DNA of 64,000 nt, from assembly GCA_020629155.1 (NCBI GenBank), contig JAHDDW010000011.1, forward strand, positions 19,412-83,411. Reading direction: 5' to 3'. The position numbers and the translations under genes are program-made. This DNA comes from Acidimicrobiales bacterium (GTDB lineage Bacteria > Actinomycetota > Acidimicrobiia > Acidimicrobiales > SZUA-35). The notes under the pieces were generated by a model, which was not told the origin of the DNA, made no database searches, and saw only the letters and a list, made by a program, of their open reading frames with translations. Shown piece by piece: positions 10,049 to 18,926 of this stretch. The first letter of the stretch is position 1. Each line of letters begins with the position of its first letter.

Positions 10049-10663
10049 CTATACCTGCATTGAAACTTTCTTCACGATCGGACTTTCGCTAGCACGTACC
10101 GCTGCGAATGGACGCCCAACCGCTTCTTGCTTCTCAAAATAGTGCGTAGCGCCATAAGATAACGCAAGGGCGACAATAAAGGTTGTATGTTCCCAGAGCT
10201 CGATTCGTTCGCCTATTAAAACATCGACAGCGCAGAAACCTGTGAACAGCACAATGCTAAGCTTGTACGATAACGAAGCACATTCAACAAACGAACTGTT
10301 TTTGCGGAAGCACTGCCAAAGCGAAGCAAGAAACATTACGCCTAACCCTATTTCAAACACCGCAACGCTATAGAGCAACGGTAGTGAAAACGATTCTGCA
10401 ATACCTATGCGTTCAAAAAATGTTACCGTCTTTGCGTTTCTGTTTGACCCAAACAAGCCGTTCGTTTCATAGCCATACAGACTAAAAGTTTCGGCTCCTT
10501 CACTATCTACAAGGACACCTTTTTCAAGCCCAGGTTCGACCATTGGCTCCATTGTTCCGTTAAAGAATTTATCGAAGCCGTTCAACATCCAAAAGAACGA
10601 CCAGAAAATAAGCAGAATGACGACAATATTCAGATTTTTATTGAGGAAACGAACTATACCCAT
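10049..10663 (-). CDS. Integral membrane protein, unknown function
   Basis: 204 aa with 4 predicted TM helices and no recognisable motif. Confidence 0.5.
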   Translation of the reverse strand: MGIVRFLNKNLNIVVILLIFWSFFWMLNGFDKFFNGTMEPMVEPGLEKGVLVDSEGAETFSLYGYETNGLFGSNRNAKTVTFFERIGIAESFSLPLLYSVAVFEIGLGVMFLASLWQCFRKNSSFVECASLSYKLSIVLFTGFCAVDVLIGERIELWEHTTFIVALALSYGATHYFEKQEAVGRPFAAVRASESPIVKKVSMQV

Positions 10664-10760
10664 GATGAACCTTTCTTGCGGCTAGGTCTCTAATCGCCCG
10701 TATCATCTCTTTTTTAAGGCTCACAGATAATTAAGCACCAAAAAGTGAATCATGAGAAAA

Positions 10761-11801
10761 TTATTCAAATATATGTATCGCTGGGCTGGCACCTTCGCTA
10801 ATGGTCACATAACCTGCACCATCTGGGGTTAAAGCCAATGCCTCACCTTGACGTTCTTTCACCGACTTCGCCTGGCAAGGCTCGCTATCGAATGCTTTCT
10901 CTAACGGCTGCGACACGTCACGTTGCCATATCCATACTTGGCCATATGTTCTAATTGCGATAGTTGTCCCGTCTCGACTCACATCGGCACTTGTCACTAG
11001 ATGCGGCTTAGGTTTCGCAGTAGGGTCATCACCAACTTGGTTTCCTAACGCAACAAAGTCTATTTCTTTCACAGGACGAAGCTCGATAGTTTGATCCCCC
11101 TCCCCTGGCGCCGCAGCAGTAAAAAGTTGAGCAGGCCCATCGTTATGCGCTTTCTGCAGAATGTATATATCGCCCGATAGCGGATCAATAAACATCGCTT
11201 CTGCATCTCGCGGCCGATCGGGATAAACCAAGTCGATGCGGTCGGGCTGCTGGGTCTGCTTGTCTGCTAACGCTGGTTCTTCAACACGGAAAATGGTTAC
11301 TTGCATGCGGTCAAAATCGTTATCGCCGATTGCCCCCAAATAGAGAACATCTGATGCGGCATCGTCTTTGCCTGGGACAATTGCGCTATCTTCCCAATTG
11401 TCTAGATCTGCGCCAGCGACAGCGACAGACGCTAGACGCTCCCCTGTTGGCGACAAAGCAATCAAACGGTTATCTTCTCGATTGTCGTTATGGGCCCAAA
11501 GCGCCTGATGCTTCTTGCTATACATCAGCCCCGAAATTTCGTCAAGTTCGCTTGCTTGCACGCGACCTGCTTCTTGATTTCTGAGATTACAGACTGCTGG
11601 AGCCGAATTTTCATCGATCTGTGTTTTTTCATCAATCTGCGTTATGGCGCTTGCCTGTGTTTCTTGCGGATCTTCTTGTGACTGAGCATTGGCTGACGTT
11701 TGCGGTGACCTATCGTTGAGAAGGACAAAACCTGCAAAAACCGCAAGAGCAAGACAACAAGTTCCAAGCACAACAGTCTTTTTATTGAAGATAGAAACCA
11801 T
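10761..11801 (-). CDS. N-terminally anchored or secreted protein, unknown function
   Basis: Signal/anchor VVLGTCCLALAVFAGFVLL, then an acidic domain with a repetitive beta-rich pattern (DEISGL..., DIYILQ...). No catalytic motif recognised. Confidence 0.45.
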   Translation of the reverse strand: MVSIFNKKTVVLGTCCLALAVFAGFVLLNDRSPQTSANAQSQEDPQETQASAITQIDEKTQIDENSAPAVCNLRNQEAGRVQASELDEISGLMYSKKHQALWAHNDNREDNRLIALSPTGERLASVAVAGADLDNWEDSAIVPGKDDAASDVLYLGAIGDNDFDRMQVTIFRVEEPALADKQTQQPDRIDLVYPDRPRDAEAMFIDPLSGDIYILQKAHNDGPAQLFTAAAPGEGDQTIELRPVKEIDFVALGNQVGDDPTAKPKPHLVTSADVSRDGTTIAIRTYGQVWIWQRDVSQPLEKAFDSEPCQAKSVKERQGEALALTPDGAGYVTISEGASPAIHIFE

Positions 11802-12054
11802 GTGTTTCCATACTAAACGTTAGGAAGCTCATGCAGGCGGACGACATCTTACCTATCGGGCTGCATGCTAATGTTTTATGCCCAATGCAGACTGAGAAAC
11901 ACAGCTTTCGCAAATAGTTAGCTTTCCGCTACACCCAATCGAACGATATAGGCACAATTGCCCAATGTGGGTAGGGTTTGTCTGTGCGTTTAATAGTAAT
12001 GCTTCAAGGTGGGTGAGTTTGCTGCCGATCTTTGATTAGTCGGGAGAATCAAAA

Positions 12055-12615
12055 ATGGAAGAAGCAATTACAAACCTAAACAAATCGCTAGCAGGTCGCA
12101 TACTTATTGCGCCGCCAGGTTTGCAAGATTCACAATTTAGTGCTTCTTTAACGTTGATTTTAGAACACAGCAGTGAGGGCGCTCTTGGCGTCATCATCAA
12201 CCGACCGTCACTCACCGAGGTCGGCGAATACTTTCCCGAATGGGAAGAAATGGCTTCACCTGGCTTTGTTTTCGCTGGTGGCCCTGTTGACCATGACGCA
12301 CTGATCGCAATAGGCCGATCTGACAATCACAAAGGCCAGCTGGTCTTAGGCGCCCACTCGATTGACCTCGACGAACAGCCACTGCTGGTAGCGGCAACAG
12401 GCATCGAAGAGGTTCGGGTATTCTCAGGCTATGCGGGCTGGGGAGTCAATCAGTTAGAAAGAGAAATCGAAAATAATGCGTGGTGGCTCGCTGATGCCAC
12501 CATTGATGATCTTTTCACCCATGACCCGGCTAATCTATGGTCAACCGTGTTGAAACGCCAAGGCGGCGATATGCAGTGGTTCGCACACTACCCAGAAAAT
12601 GCTTCACTAAACTAA
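12055..12615 (+). CDS. YqgE/AlgH family protein (UPF0301)
   Basis: LAGRILIAPPGLQDSQFSASLTLILEHSSEGALGVIINRPS is the family signature N-terminus. Confidence 0.85.
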   Translation: MEEAITNLNKSLAGRILIAPPGLQDSQFSASLTLILEHSSEGALGVIINRPSLTEVGEYFPEWEEMASPGFVFAGGPVDHDALIAIGRSDNHKGQLVLGAHSIDLDEQPLLVAATGIEEVRVFSGYAGWGVNQLEREIENNAWWLADATIDDLFTHDPANLWSTVLKRQGGDMQWFAHYPENASLN

Positions 12616-13260
12616 GTTTGTGTTGCTCGGTTTAGGTTCGCGCAAATCGATTGGCAGTTTGTCCATAAACGACCATGAGACTCGATGCAACGGCGTGGGG
12701 CCAACCTTGGCTAACGTTTGGCGATGTTTCGGGCTTGGGTAGCCTTTGTTGCTTGCGAAATCAAACGCAGGATATGTTTCGCCGTGCGAGCGCATAAGCC
12801 GGTCCCTTGTCACTTTTGCAAGTATCGATGCAGCAGCAATCGATAAACATTTCGTGTCGCCTTTCACAATGGTGCGCACACACTGATGATCGACAAAATT
12901 CCAGCGTCCATCAAGCAAGTATGCGTCAGGAGTAACACCTAAACCATCAATTGCTCGTTGTGCGGCTAGCTTCTGCGCAGCTGACATGCCAAGCGCATCA
13001 CACTCTTCATTAGAAGCATGACCAACCGCCCAATGCTCGCACCATTGCGCCACACGGCCATACAATGCTTCACGATTTTTTTCGGTAATCTGCTTAGAGT
13101 CACGCACGTTATAGATCCGTCGATCTTTCGGAATCACTGCCGCACCAACCGTTAACGGTCCAGCCCAAGAACCTCGCCCTACCTCGTCAACACCAACAAC
13201 GATATCGTGACCTTCATTCCAAAAAATCTTCTCTTCATCACGTGTCGGAGCAGTAGGCAT
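12607..13260 (-). CDS. rnhB: Ribonuclease HII
   Basis: GVDEVGRGSWAGPLTVGAAV and DSKQIT motifs. The 3' end overlaps the convergent algH-like gene by 9 nt. Confidence 0.9.
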   Translation of the reverse strand: MPTAPTRDEEKIFWNEGHDIVVGVDEVGRGSWAGPLTVGAAVIPKDRRIYNVRDSKQITEKNREALYGRVAQWCEHWAVGHASNEECDALGMSAAQKLAAQRAIDGLGVTPDAYLLDGRWNFVDHQCVRTIVKGDTKCLSIAAASILAKVTRDRLMRSHGETYPAFDFASNKGYPSPKHRQTLAKVGPTPLHRVSWSFMDKLPIDLREPKPSNTNLV

Positions 13261-13467
13261 GAAGTCAAAATAGCAAGGTTGGTGTTCTTTGCCACATTTA
13301 CCCCTACACTTAGGCCTGATACAAGCTTGCTCTTGTGTGGAGCATTAGCAATAATGCGCCAGCAACCAAGCGGCGACAGTAACTCCTTAGTGTAAAAGTC
13401 AAGGAAAATTCTGTCTGAATACCTTGCAACGCTGTTTGAGAAAACAGCCTCACCGCTTAAATGCGCT

Positions 13468-15003
13468 ATGGAGAAAAACATGACAACCACATTTGCCGAT
13501 CTAGGCCTGCACGAAAATATAGTGCAAGCTGTCACCGACCTTGGATTTGAAAAACCATCAGATATTCAAGCAGGCGTTATCCCGCTTTTACTTGAAGGCC
13601 ACGACGTTATCGGCCAAGCCCAAACAGGTACAGGCAAAACCGCTGCGTTCGCCTTGCCTATCTTGCACAATCTTGCGCCTTCATCTGGCAATGTCCAAGC
13701 GTTAGTTATCGCCCCAACTCGCGAACTTGCGTTACAGGTCACCAAAGCATTCCAAGATTTTTCTAAGCACAGCGAGGTGCGGGTGCTATCTGTCTATGGT
13801 GGCCAGTCATATTTTGTGCAGAAGAAAGAGCTTCGCCGTGGTGTCGATGTTGTTGTTGGCACGCCAGGCCGTCTTCTTGATTTAATTAAACGCAAAGATC
13901 TTGATCTGAGCCAGACAAACAAAATAGCTCTTGATGAAGCTGACGAAATGCTCAGCATGGGTTTCATCGAAGATATAGAGTCGATTCTTTCAAACCTTCC
14001 TGACGAGCGCCAAACCTTGCTTTTCTCGGCGACGATGCCTAACCCAATCCGCAAACTTGCAAATAAATACATGAGCGGTGCGAAAGAAGTAACAATCGAA
14101 CGCAAGGCGTTGACTGTTGACCGCATTGACCAGCGCCACTATTTAGTGAACAACAAAGACCGCAGAGCTGCCGTGATGCGACTTCTAGAGACCGAAGAAG
14201 CTACTCGCACAATTATCTTCGCACAGACAAGAGCAAGAACAGGCGAACTAGCAACAGCACTAACATCTGCTGGTTACCCAGCCGAAGCGCTTAACGGCGA
14301 CCTTTCGCAAGACGCACGTGAACGAGTTTTGCGTCGGTTCCGCAAAGACGAAATCAAAGTACTTGTTGCAACCGATGTGGCAGCACGAGGCCTCGACGTT
14401 GACGGTGTTTCGCACGTGATCAACTATGATTTGCCCCGTGAAGCCGAAAGCTACGTGCATCGTATTGGTCGCACAGGGCGAGCAGGTAAAGAAGGTGTTG
14501 CTATCTCGTTGATGGCACCAAACGAACGTGGTCGGTTGTCGAAGATTGAGCGCTACGCAAAAATTAAAGTGCCTAAAGCAGAGTTGCCAACCGAAGATGA
14601 AATAAAATCCAAGCGAGATGAGAGAATGCGCGAAAAGCTTCTTGTTCATCTTCAACGAGCTCGATTTAGCAGCGAAAAAGCACTTATTGCTACGCTCACA
14701 GAAGAAGGCCACGACCCTCTAGATATTGCTGCGGCAGCGTTAAAGCTTGCACGAGCGCAGCAACAAAAATCTATTCCAGCTATCGGCAAAGTAAACATGT
14801 CAGCTGGCTCTGGTTCTGGTGGATCTGGCCGGAACCGACGACGTAGCCGTAACAGCGGCGGTGGCGGCTATAGAGGCGCAAGAAGCGGCGGCAATTCTCG
14901 CAATGGCGGCGGCAGAAGACGCAGGTCAGGTGGAGGAAGCGGCGGCGGCAGCGGCAAATCGTTCTCTTCTTCTAGAAAACGCAAACCAGCAGGCAAACGT
15001 TAA
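13468..15003 (+). CDS. DEAD-box ATP-dependent RNA helicase with Arg/Gly/Ser-rich C-terminal tail
   Basis: Q-motif region, AQTGTGKT, DEADEM, SAT and HRIGRTGRAG motifs. The tail reads GSGGSGRNRRRSRNSGGGGYRGARSGG... Confidence 0.95.
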   Translation: MEKNMTTTFADLGLHENIVQAVTDLGFEKPSDIQAGVIPLLLEGHDVIGQAQTGTGKTAAFALPILHNLAPSSGNVQALVIAPTRELALQVTKAFQDFSKHSEVRVLSVYGGQSYFVQKKELRRGVDVVVGTPGRLLDLIKRKDLDLSQTNKIALDEADEMLSMGFIEDIESILSNLPDERQTLLFSATMPNPIRKLANKYMSGAKEVTIERKALTVDRIDQRHYLVNNKDRRAAVMRLLETEEATRTIIFAQTRARTGELATALTSAGYPAEALNGDLSQDARERVLRRFRKDEIKVLVATDVAARGLDVDGVSHVINYDLPREAESYVHRIGRTGRAGKEGVAISLMAPNERGRLSKIERYAKIKVPKAELPTEDEIKSKRDERMREKLLVHLQRARFSSEKALIATLTEEGHDPLDIAAAALKLARAQQQKSIPAIGKVNMSAGSGSGGSGRNRRRSRNSGGGGYRGARSGGNSRNGGGRRRRSGGGSGGGSGKSFSSSRKRKPAGKR

Positions 15004-15006
15004 CTA

Positions 15007-15085
15007 GTGGTGCGCCGTCATTCCTACGAAAGTGGGAATCTCTACTTGGCAAGATCCCCGATTTCTCGGCGATTACCACCTTGGA
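15007..15085 (+). repeat. Possible degenerate copy of the 3'-end repeat family seen at 48319 and 58958
   Basis: Starts right after the helicase stop. It shares colinear blocks with 48319-48519: GTGGTG, TACGA, TGGGAATCT, AGATCCCC plus a hairpin (ATCCCCGA/TCGGCGAT, 7 of 8 bp), and CACCTTGGA. Each block is short, so support is only moderate. Confidence 0.35.
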
Positions 15086-15181
15086 ATCGAGATAGAGCAA
15101 AAACTGCAGCGCTACTTGTGTGCGAAATACTCTTTTCTTTCACCTGCTGCAAGATCAACAAACTGCTTGTAGCCTGATGGT

Positions 15182-16006
15182 ATGGCAGAAGCATCATGGC
15201 AAAAAGATCCCGTTGGCAAATTTGAATTTCGTTGGTGGGATGGCACGCAGTGGACAGATAAAGTCGCAAATGGGCAAAATGTTAGTAGCGACCCTTTGCC
15301 AGCCGATCCTGCTCGTTCTAATGACAACCCAGCACATGTGCCAACAACGTCAGCATCTGCCGAGAAAATCCAAAAAATGGCTGCCAAAGGCACACAGAAC
15401 ACGCATGGCACTGGTGGCGGCACGTTATACACCGAACCTGTTCTAGTCGTAAGCCAAAAAGCTAAACTAGTCGAAATAAAAAATGAATACGCTATTTATA
15501 ACCAGGAAGGGCAGCAAATCGGCGCTGTCCGCCAGGTTGGCCAGTCGACGTTTAGGAAAGTACTTCGTTTCGTTAGCAAAATCGACAGTTTCTTATCTCA
15601 CAAACTTGAGATTGTTGACACGCAAGGAAACATCGTTCTCAAAGTTGAACGACCAGCTGCTTTCGTTAAATCAAAATTTCAGGTAAGCGGGCCACAAGGG
15701 CCAATTGGTGAAATCGCTCAAAAAAATATGTTCGGCAAAATCAAATTTGGGTTCATCGTTCAAGGGCAAGAAATCGGCTCGTTGAATGCGGAGAACTGGC
15801 GTGCATGGAATTTCAACATTCAAAACGGATCAGGCCAAGAAGTGGCGAAAATCGCCAAGAAATTTTCTGGACTGATGAAAGCTGCGTTTACCACTGCAGA
15901 CAGCTATGTCGTCGAGATTAACGGGCAGCTCGACCCTACGCTTCATGCAATGGTCCTCGCTTCTGCTTTGACCGTTGACACTGCTCTCAAACAACACAAA
16001 AGCTAA
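15182..16006 (+). CDS. DUF2510-like N-terminus fused to a scramblase/LURP1-like (tubby-fold) domain
   Basis: WQKDPVGKFEFRWWDGTQWTDKV matches the DUF2510 pattern. The C-terminal 190 aa has the repetitive beta pattern of the phospholipid scramblase family (…YAIYNQEGQQIG…LEIVDTQGNIVLKVERP…FQVSGPQGPIGEI…). Confidence 0.6.
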   Translation: MAEASWQKDPVGKFEFRWWDGTQWTDKVANGQNVSSDPLPADPARSNDNPAHVPTTSASAEKIQKMAAKGTQNTHGTGGGTLYTEPVLVVSQKAKLVEIKNEYAIYNQEGQQIGAVRQVGQSTFRKVLRFVSKIDSFLSHKLEIVDTQGNIVLKVERPAAFVKSKFQVSGPQGPIGEIAQKNMFGKIKFGFIVQGQEIGSLNAENWRAWNFNIQNGSGQEVAKIAKKFSGLMKAAFTTADSYVVEINGQLDPTLHAMVLASALTVDTALKQHKS

Positions 16007-16193
16007 CCCTTTAGACATCGTTCATTGTTACTTTTATAACAATAAGATCTTAACCTAGGTAGTTCTGCTCGGGCCACTGTACTCTTGTAAAAGATGTTTG
16101 TTTATCCGTTTTTACCAAACTCGGTAAACAAGCTAAAGCTTGCGGCCATGCGCAAAGCCAAGAGCAGAGCGGAAATACCGAGGGTGGACGGCA

Positions 16194-17822
16194 ATGGAAA
16201 CAGTCACACAATTTCCTATAGAGCTTGACGGCTTCAAACCTATCCGCAAACTAGGATCTGGAGGGTTCGGCCAAGTCTGGCTAGCGCACCAGCCAGCACT
16301 AGATCGCATGGTTGCACTTAAAGTTGGCCATAAACCTCTTGATTCACAAGACGAAAAGCTTCGATTTGAGCGTGAATGTAAAGCTCTCGGCCGTTTAAGC
16401 AGCTCTGACCATATTATTGATATTTACTTCACTGGCATTGCAGATAATGGTGTGCCGTATCTTGTGCTTGAATATATCGACGGCGGGTCACTTGCCGAGC
16501 AAAAGAATCTTTCAGAAGAGCGTTTGCGTCAAATAACGATACAGCTTTGCGAGGCTATAAAAAATGTGCATCATTCAGACGTTCTCCATAGAGACCTGAA
16601 ACCTGCAAACGTTTTTCTTCGCAAAAACGGAACGGTCGTTGTCGGCGATTTCGGCGTTGCACGTCTCGGCGATGTCGAAGAAACCTCAACAAACCAAATC
16701 GTAGCAAGCCTAGCGTATGCAGCACCAGAAATATTACACGGACATCCACCAACACAGCGAAGCGATGTTTACGGCATTGCAATAACAATTTTGACTGCCG
16801 CTCTTGGCTATTCACCTTTCAAATCAGGAAATTCAAACGCAACGATGTACGCAGTTCTCCATCACGAACCGGCAATGCCTGCTGCGCTCAGCAAAGAATT
16901 TCAAACGCTTCTTCAACAAGCACTTTCGAAAGATGCAGCTCAGCGACCTGCAAGCGCTAACGATCTGCAACAACGAACCGCTGCACTGCCAAACACTGAG
17001 GAAGCCAGCAATATTTTCCTTGCAGTCGAGGGACTTAGCGAGCCTGAACCTAGCACTGTTGTTGCCCCAACCCAATCGCAATTCTCCAAAATGTTTCTTG
17101 CTGGAAGCGCCGCATTTATTGTTCTTGCTGTTGTTGCTATAGGTTTCTTCTACTTTTTACGCAACGATGCTGCTGCTTCGGCGAAAGAACAACTCAAGAC
17201 ACAAACCGTCTCTGTCGTGACAGAAAACAATCAACCAGATGTCGATCCACCTGCCCGCGAAACCTCGTTGGTGACGCTACAGCAAGATCAGCAACCAACG
17301 ACGACATCTTCGTTAACAGAACCTTCACAAGACGAACCTTCTTCTAGCGAACAGTCGACAAGCACAGCACCGACGACACAAGCACAACCGCCATCGACCA
17401 CTTCAGCAATCACCACAACAACAGCGGCAGTACTTCCGTCGCCGCTGCTTAGCTCGGAGCAACAAAAAACAGTAGCTCAACTTGCTGGGCTGAACACTGT
17501 TAAACCCGGCAAACAAATCATTTTTGAGAACGGCGCATCGCAGAAAGCTGTCGATGGTAGTGTCACACCGATTCAGCGCGATCTCTATACCTTCGAAGCG
17601 CGGAAAGATCAGGTTATGGAATTGACACTCATCAGTGACAATAGCGGCTCATATTTCACCGTCATCAATCCTGATGGGAAGGTTCTTTCCTCTTTCGACG
17701 GCACTATAGCCGATGAGACTTCATACTTTCTTGGCGATTTACCTTCGACAGGCAACTATGCGATTTTGATAACTCCAATCTTAGACGAGTCATCGTTTCA
17801 AGCTATACTACAGCTTTCCTAG
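16194..17822 (+). CDS. Ser/Thr protein kinase, single TM, extracellular Pro/Thr/Ser-rich linker and C-terminal beta domain
   Basis: GSGGFGQVW, HRDLKPANVF, GDFG and APE motifs; TM AAFIVLAVVAIGFFYFL. ATG 16194 is preceded by GAGGGTGGA and is preferred over TTG 16140. The C-terminal domain (DLYTFEARKDQVMELTL...) is PPC-like. Confidence 0.9.
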   Translation: METVTQFPIELDGFKPIRKLGSGGFGQVWLAHQPALDRMVALKVGHKPLDSQDEKLRFERECKALGRLSSSDHIIDIYFTGIADNGVPYLVLEYIDGGSLAEQKNLSEERLRQITIQLCEAIKNVHHSDVLHRDLKPANVFLRKNGTVVVGDFGVARLGDVEETSTNQIVASLAYAAPEILHGHPPTQRSDVYGIAITILTAALGYSPFKSGNSNATMYAVLHHEPAMPAALSKEFQTLLQQALSKDAAQRPASANDLQQRTAALPNTEEASNIFLAVEGLSEPEPSTVVAPTQSQFSKMFLAGSAAFIVLAVVAIGFFYFLRNDAAASAKEQLKTQTVSVVTENNQPDVDPPARETSLVTLQQDQQPTTTSSLTEPSQDEPSSSEQSTSTAPTTQAQPPSTTSAITTTTAAVLPSPLLSSEQQKTVAQLAGLNTVKPGKQIIFENGASQKAVDGSVTPIQRDLYTFEARKDQVMELTLISDNSGSYFTVINPDGKVLSSFDGTIADETSYFLGDLPSTGNYAILITPILDESSFQAILQLS

Positions 17823-17870
17823 CAGGCTGACTGCTGACCAAACCGTAGGATAGTCAGCTACACTTGTGCC

Positions 17871-18389
17871 GTGGCGTTAAAGTCTTTTGCAATGAAACAA
17901 CTTGGCCAAGTGGCTAACTTCGGACCTTTGGGAACAAAGACAGTTGAGTGGCTTATTCATTTCTATGCACGGATAACAAGCGGCAGCCACACAAGAGGTA
18001 GCCTTGTTATTTTAACTAATCCTACAGGTGAGATTTTGTTAACTGAGTCTACCTATAAGTCAATAAAAGGTTTTGTCGGTGGGTTGCCAAACAACCGCAA
18101 AGAACAACCGATTGACACGATACAGCGAGAAATGCGGGAAGAAATAGGGTTAACTATTTCTAGGCCGTTCACACCTTTAGGCGTCTATATCCAGAAAAAT
18201 ATTCGCCATATAGATGCGGTGTACCACCTTGCGCTTACTGCCCAAGAGGTCGACGACATAGCTATTGACGACGACGAGCTCTCTGATATCTCGTGGTTTC
18301 CGCTTAGCGAAGCGCAAAAGATCCTCGATGACGATCGACGCGCTATTCTTGACCTGTATCTGGAAAGGCAAGCATCAAAGCAAACCTAA
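17871..18389 (+). CDS. NUDIX hydrolase
   Basis: Nudix box GGLPNNRKEQPIDTIQREMREEIGL. Confidence 0.8.
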   Translation: MALKSFAMKQLGQVANFGPLGTKTVEWLIHFYARITSGSHTRGSLVILTNPTGEILLTESTYKSIKGFVGGLPNNRKEQPIDTIQREMREEIGLTISRPFTPLGVYIQKNIRHIDAVYHLALTAQEVDDIAIDDDELSDISWFPLSEAQKILDDDRRAILDLYLERQASKQT

Positions 18390-18824
18390 AGCTTCGAAGC
18401 TTTCTTTTGTTGGCGGAGAAATTTGCAAGGAACTAAGACCAGCCGTATCGAACCATTGCGCATCGATAAAATCATCTTCGCAGACAACACGCAAGTCACT
18501 GGCATTCTTTTCAGATCTAAGTATGAAATTATGGAACGTCATCTCAACGGCCACTCGCTCACCTGCACTGCGCAATACTTTCTCGCTGAATCCGTTTAGC
18601 ACAAAGTCTAAGGGTTGGACGGTAAAGTCGTTTGCGTCAAGTGCGACCTCTTCAAGAAGTTCTCGTCGCAAGGCCTCTTCTTGCGTCTCTCCCTCATCGA
18701 TTCCTCCTCCTGGAACTATCCAGAAGCCAGGGTAGACACCGCCTTTTCTACTTTTACCGAGCAAGATTTTATCGTCAGCCGAAAAGACAAACCCGCCAAC
18801 AATATCTCGCCTAGTTATGCGCAT
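18375..18824 (-). CDS. NUDIX hydrolase
   Basis: Nudix box PGGGIDEGETQEEALRRELLEEVAL. The 3' end overlaps the convergent NUDIX gene by 15 nt. Confidence 0.85.
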   Translation of the reverse strand: MRITRRDIVGGFVFSADDKILLGKSRKGGVYPGFWIVPGGGIDEGETQEEALRRELLEEVALDANDFTVQPLDFVLNGFSEKVLRSAGERVAVEMTFHNFILRSEKNASDLRVVCEDDFIDAQWFDTAGLSSLQISPPTKESFEALGLL

Positions 18825-18926
18825 AGGTAACTCGCTTTCAAGGAGTGTTTAGCAAATTATACATTCCCTCAGTATTGCCACTGTGCTAGGTAGGTTAGCA
18901 CGCAGCTTTTGGAGTACAAGACAACG

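Noticed and set aside
14819-15007. 62-aa alternative-frame ORF over the helicase tail
   Set aside because: It is produced by the GC-rich GGC/AGC repeats encoding the Arg/Gly tail and is therefore a frame shadow.
16140-16193. TTG start extension of the second kinase
   Set aside because: The extension is basic, non-conserved-looking sequence. ATG 16194 has a strong SD-like GAGGGTGGA upstream and begins just upstream of the kinase Gly-rich loop (GSGGFGQVW).
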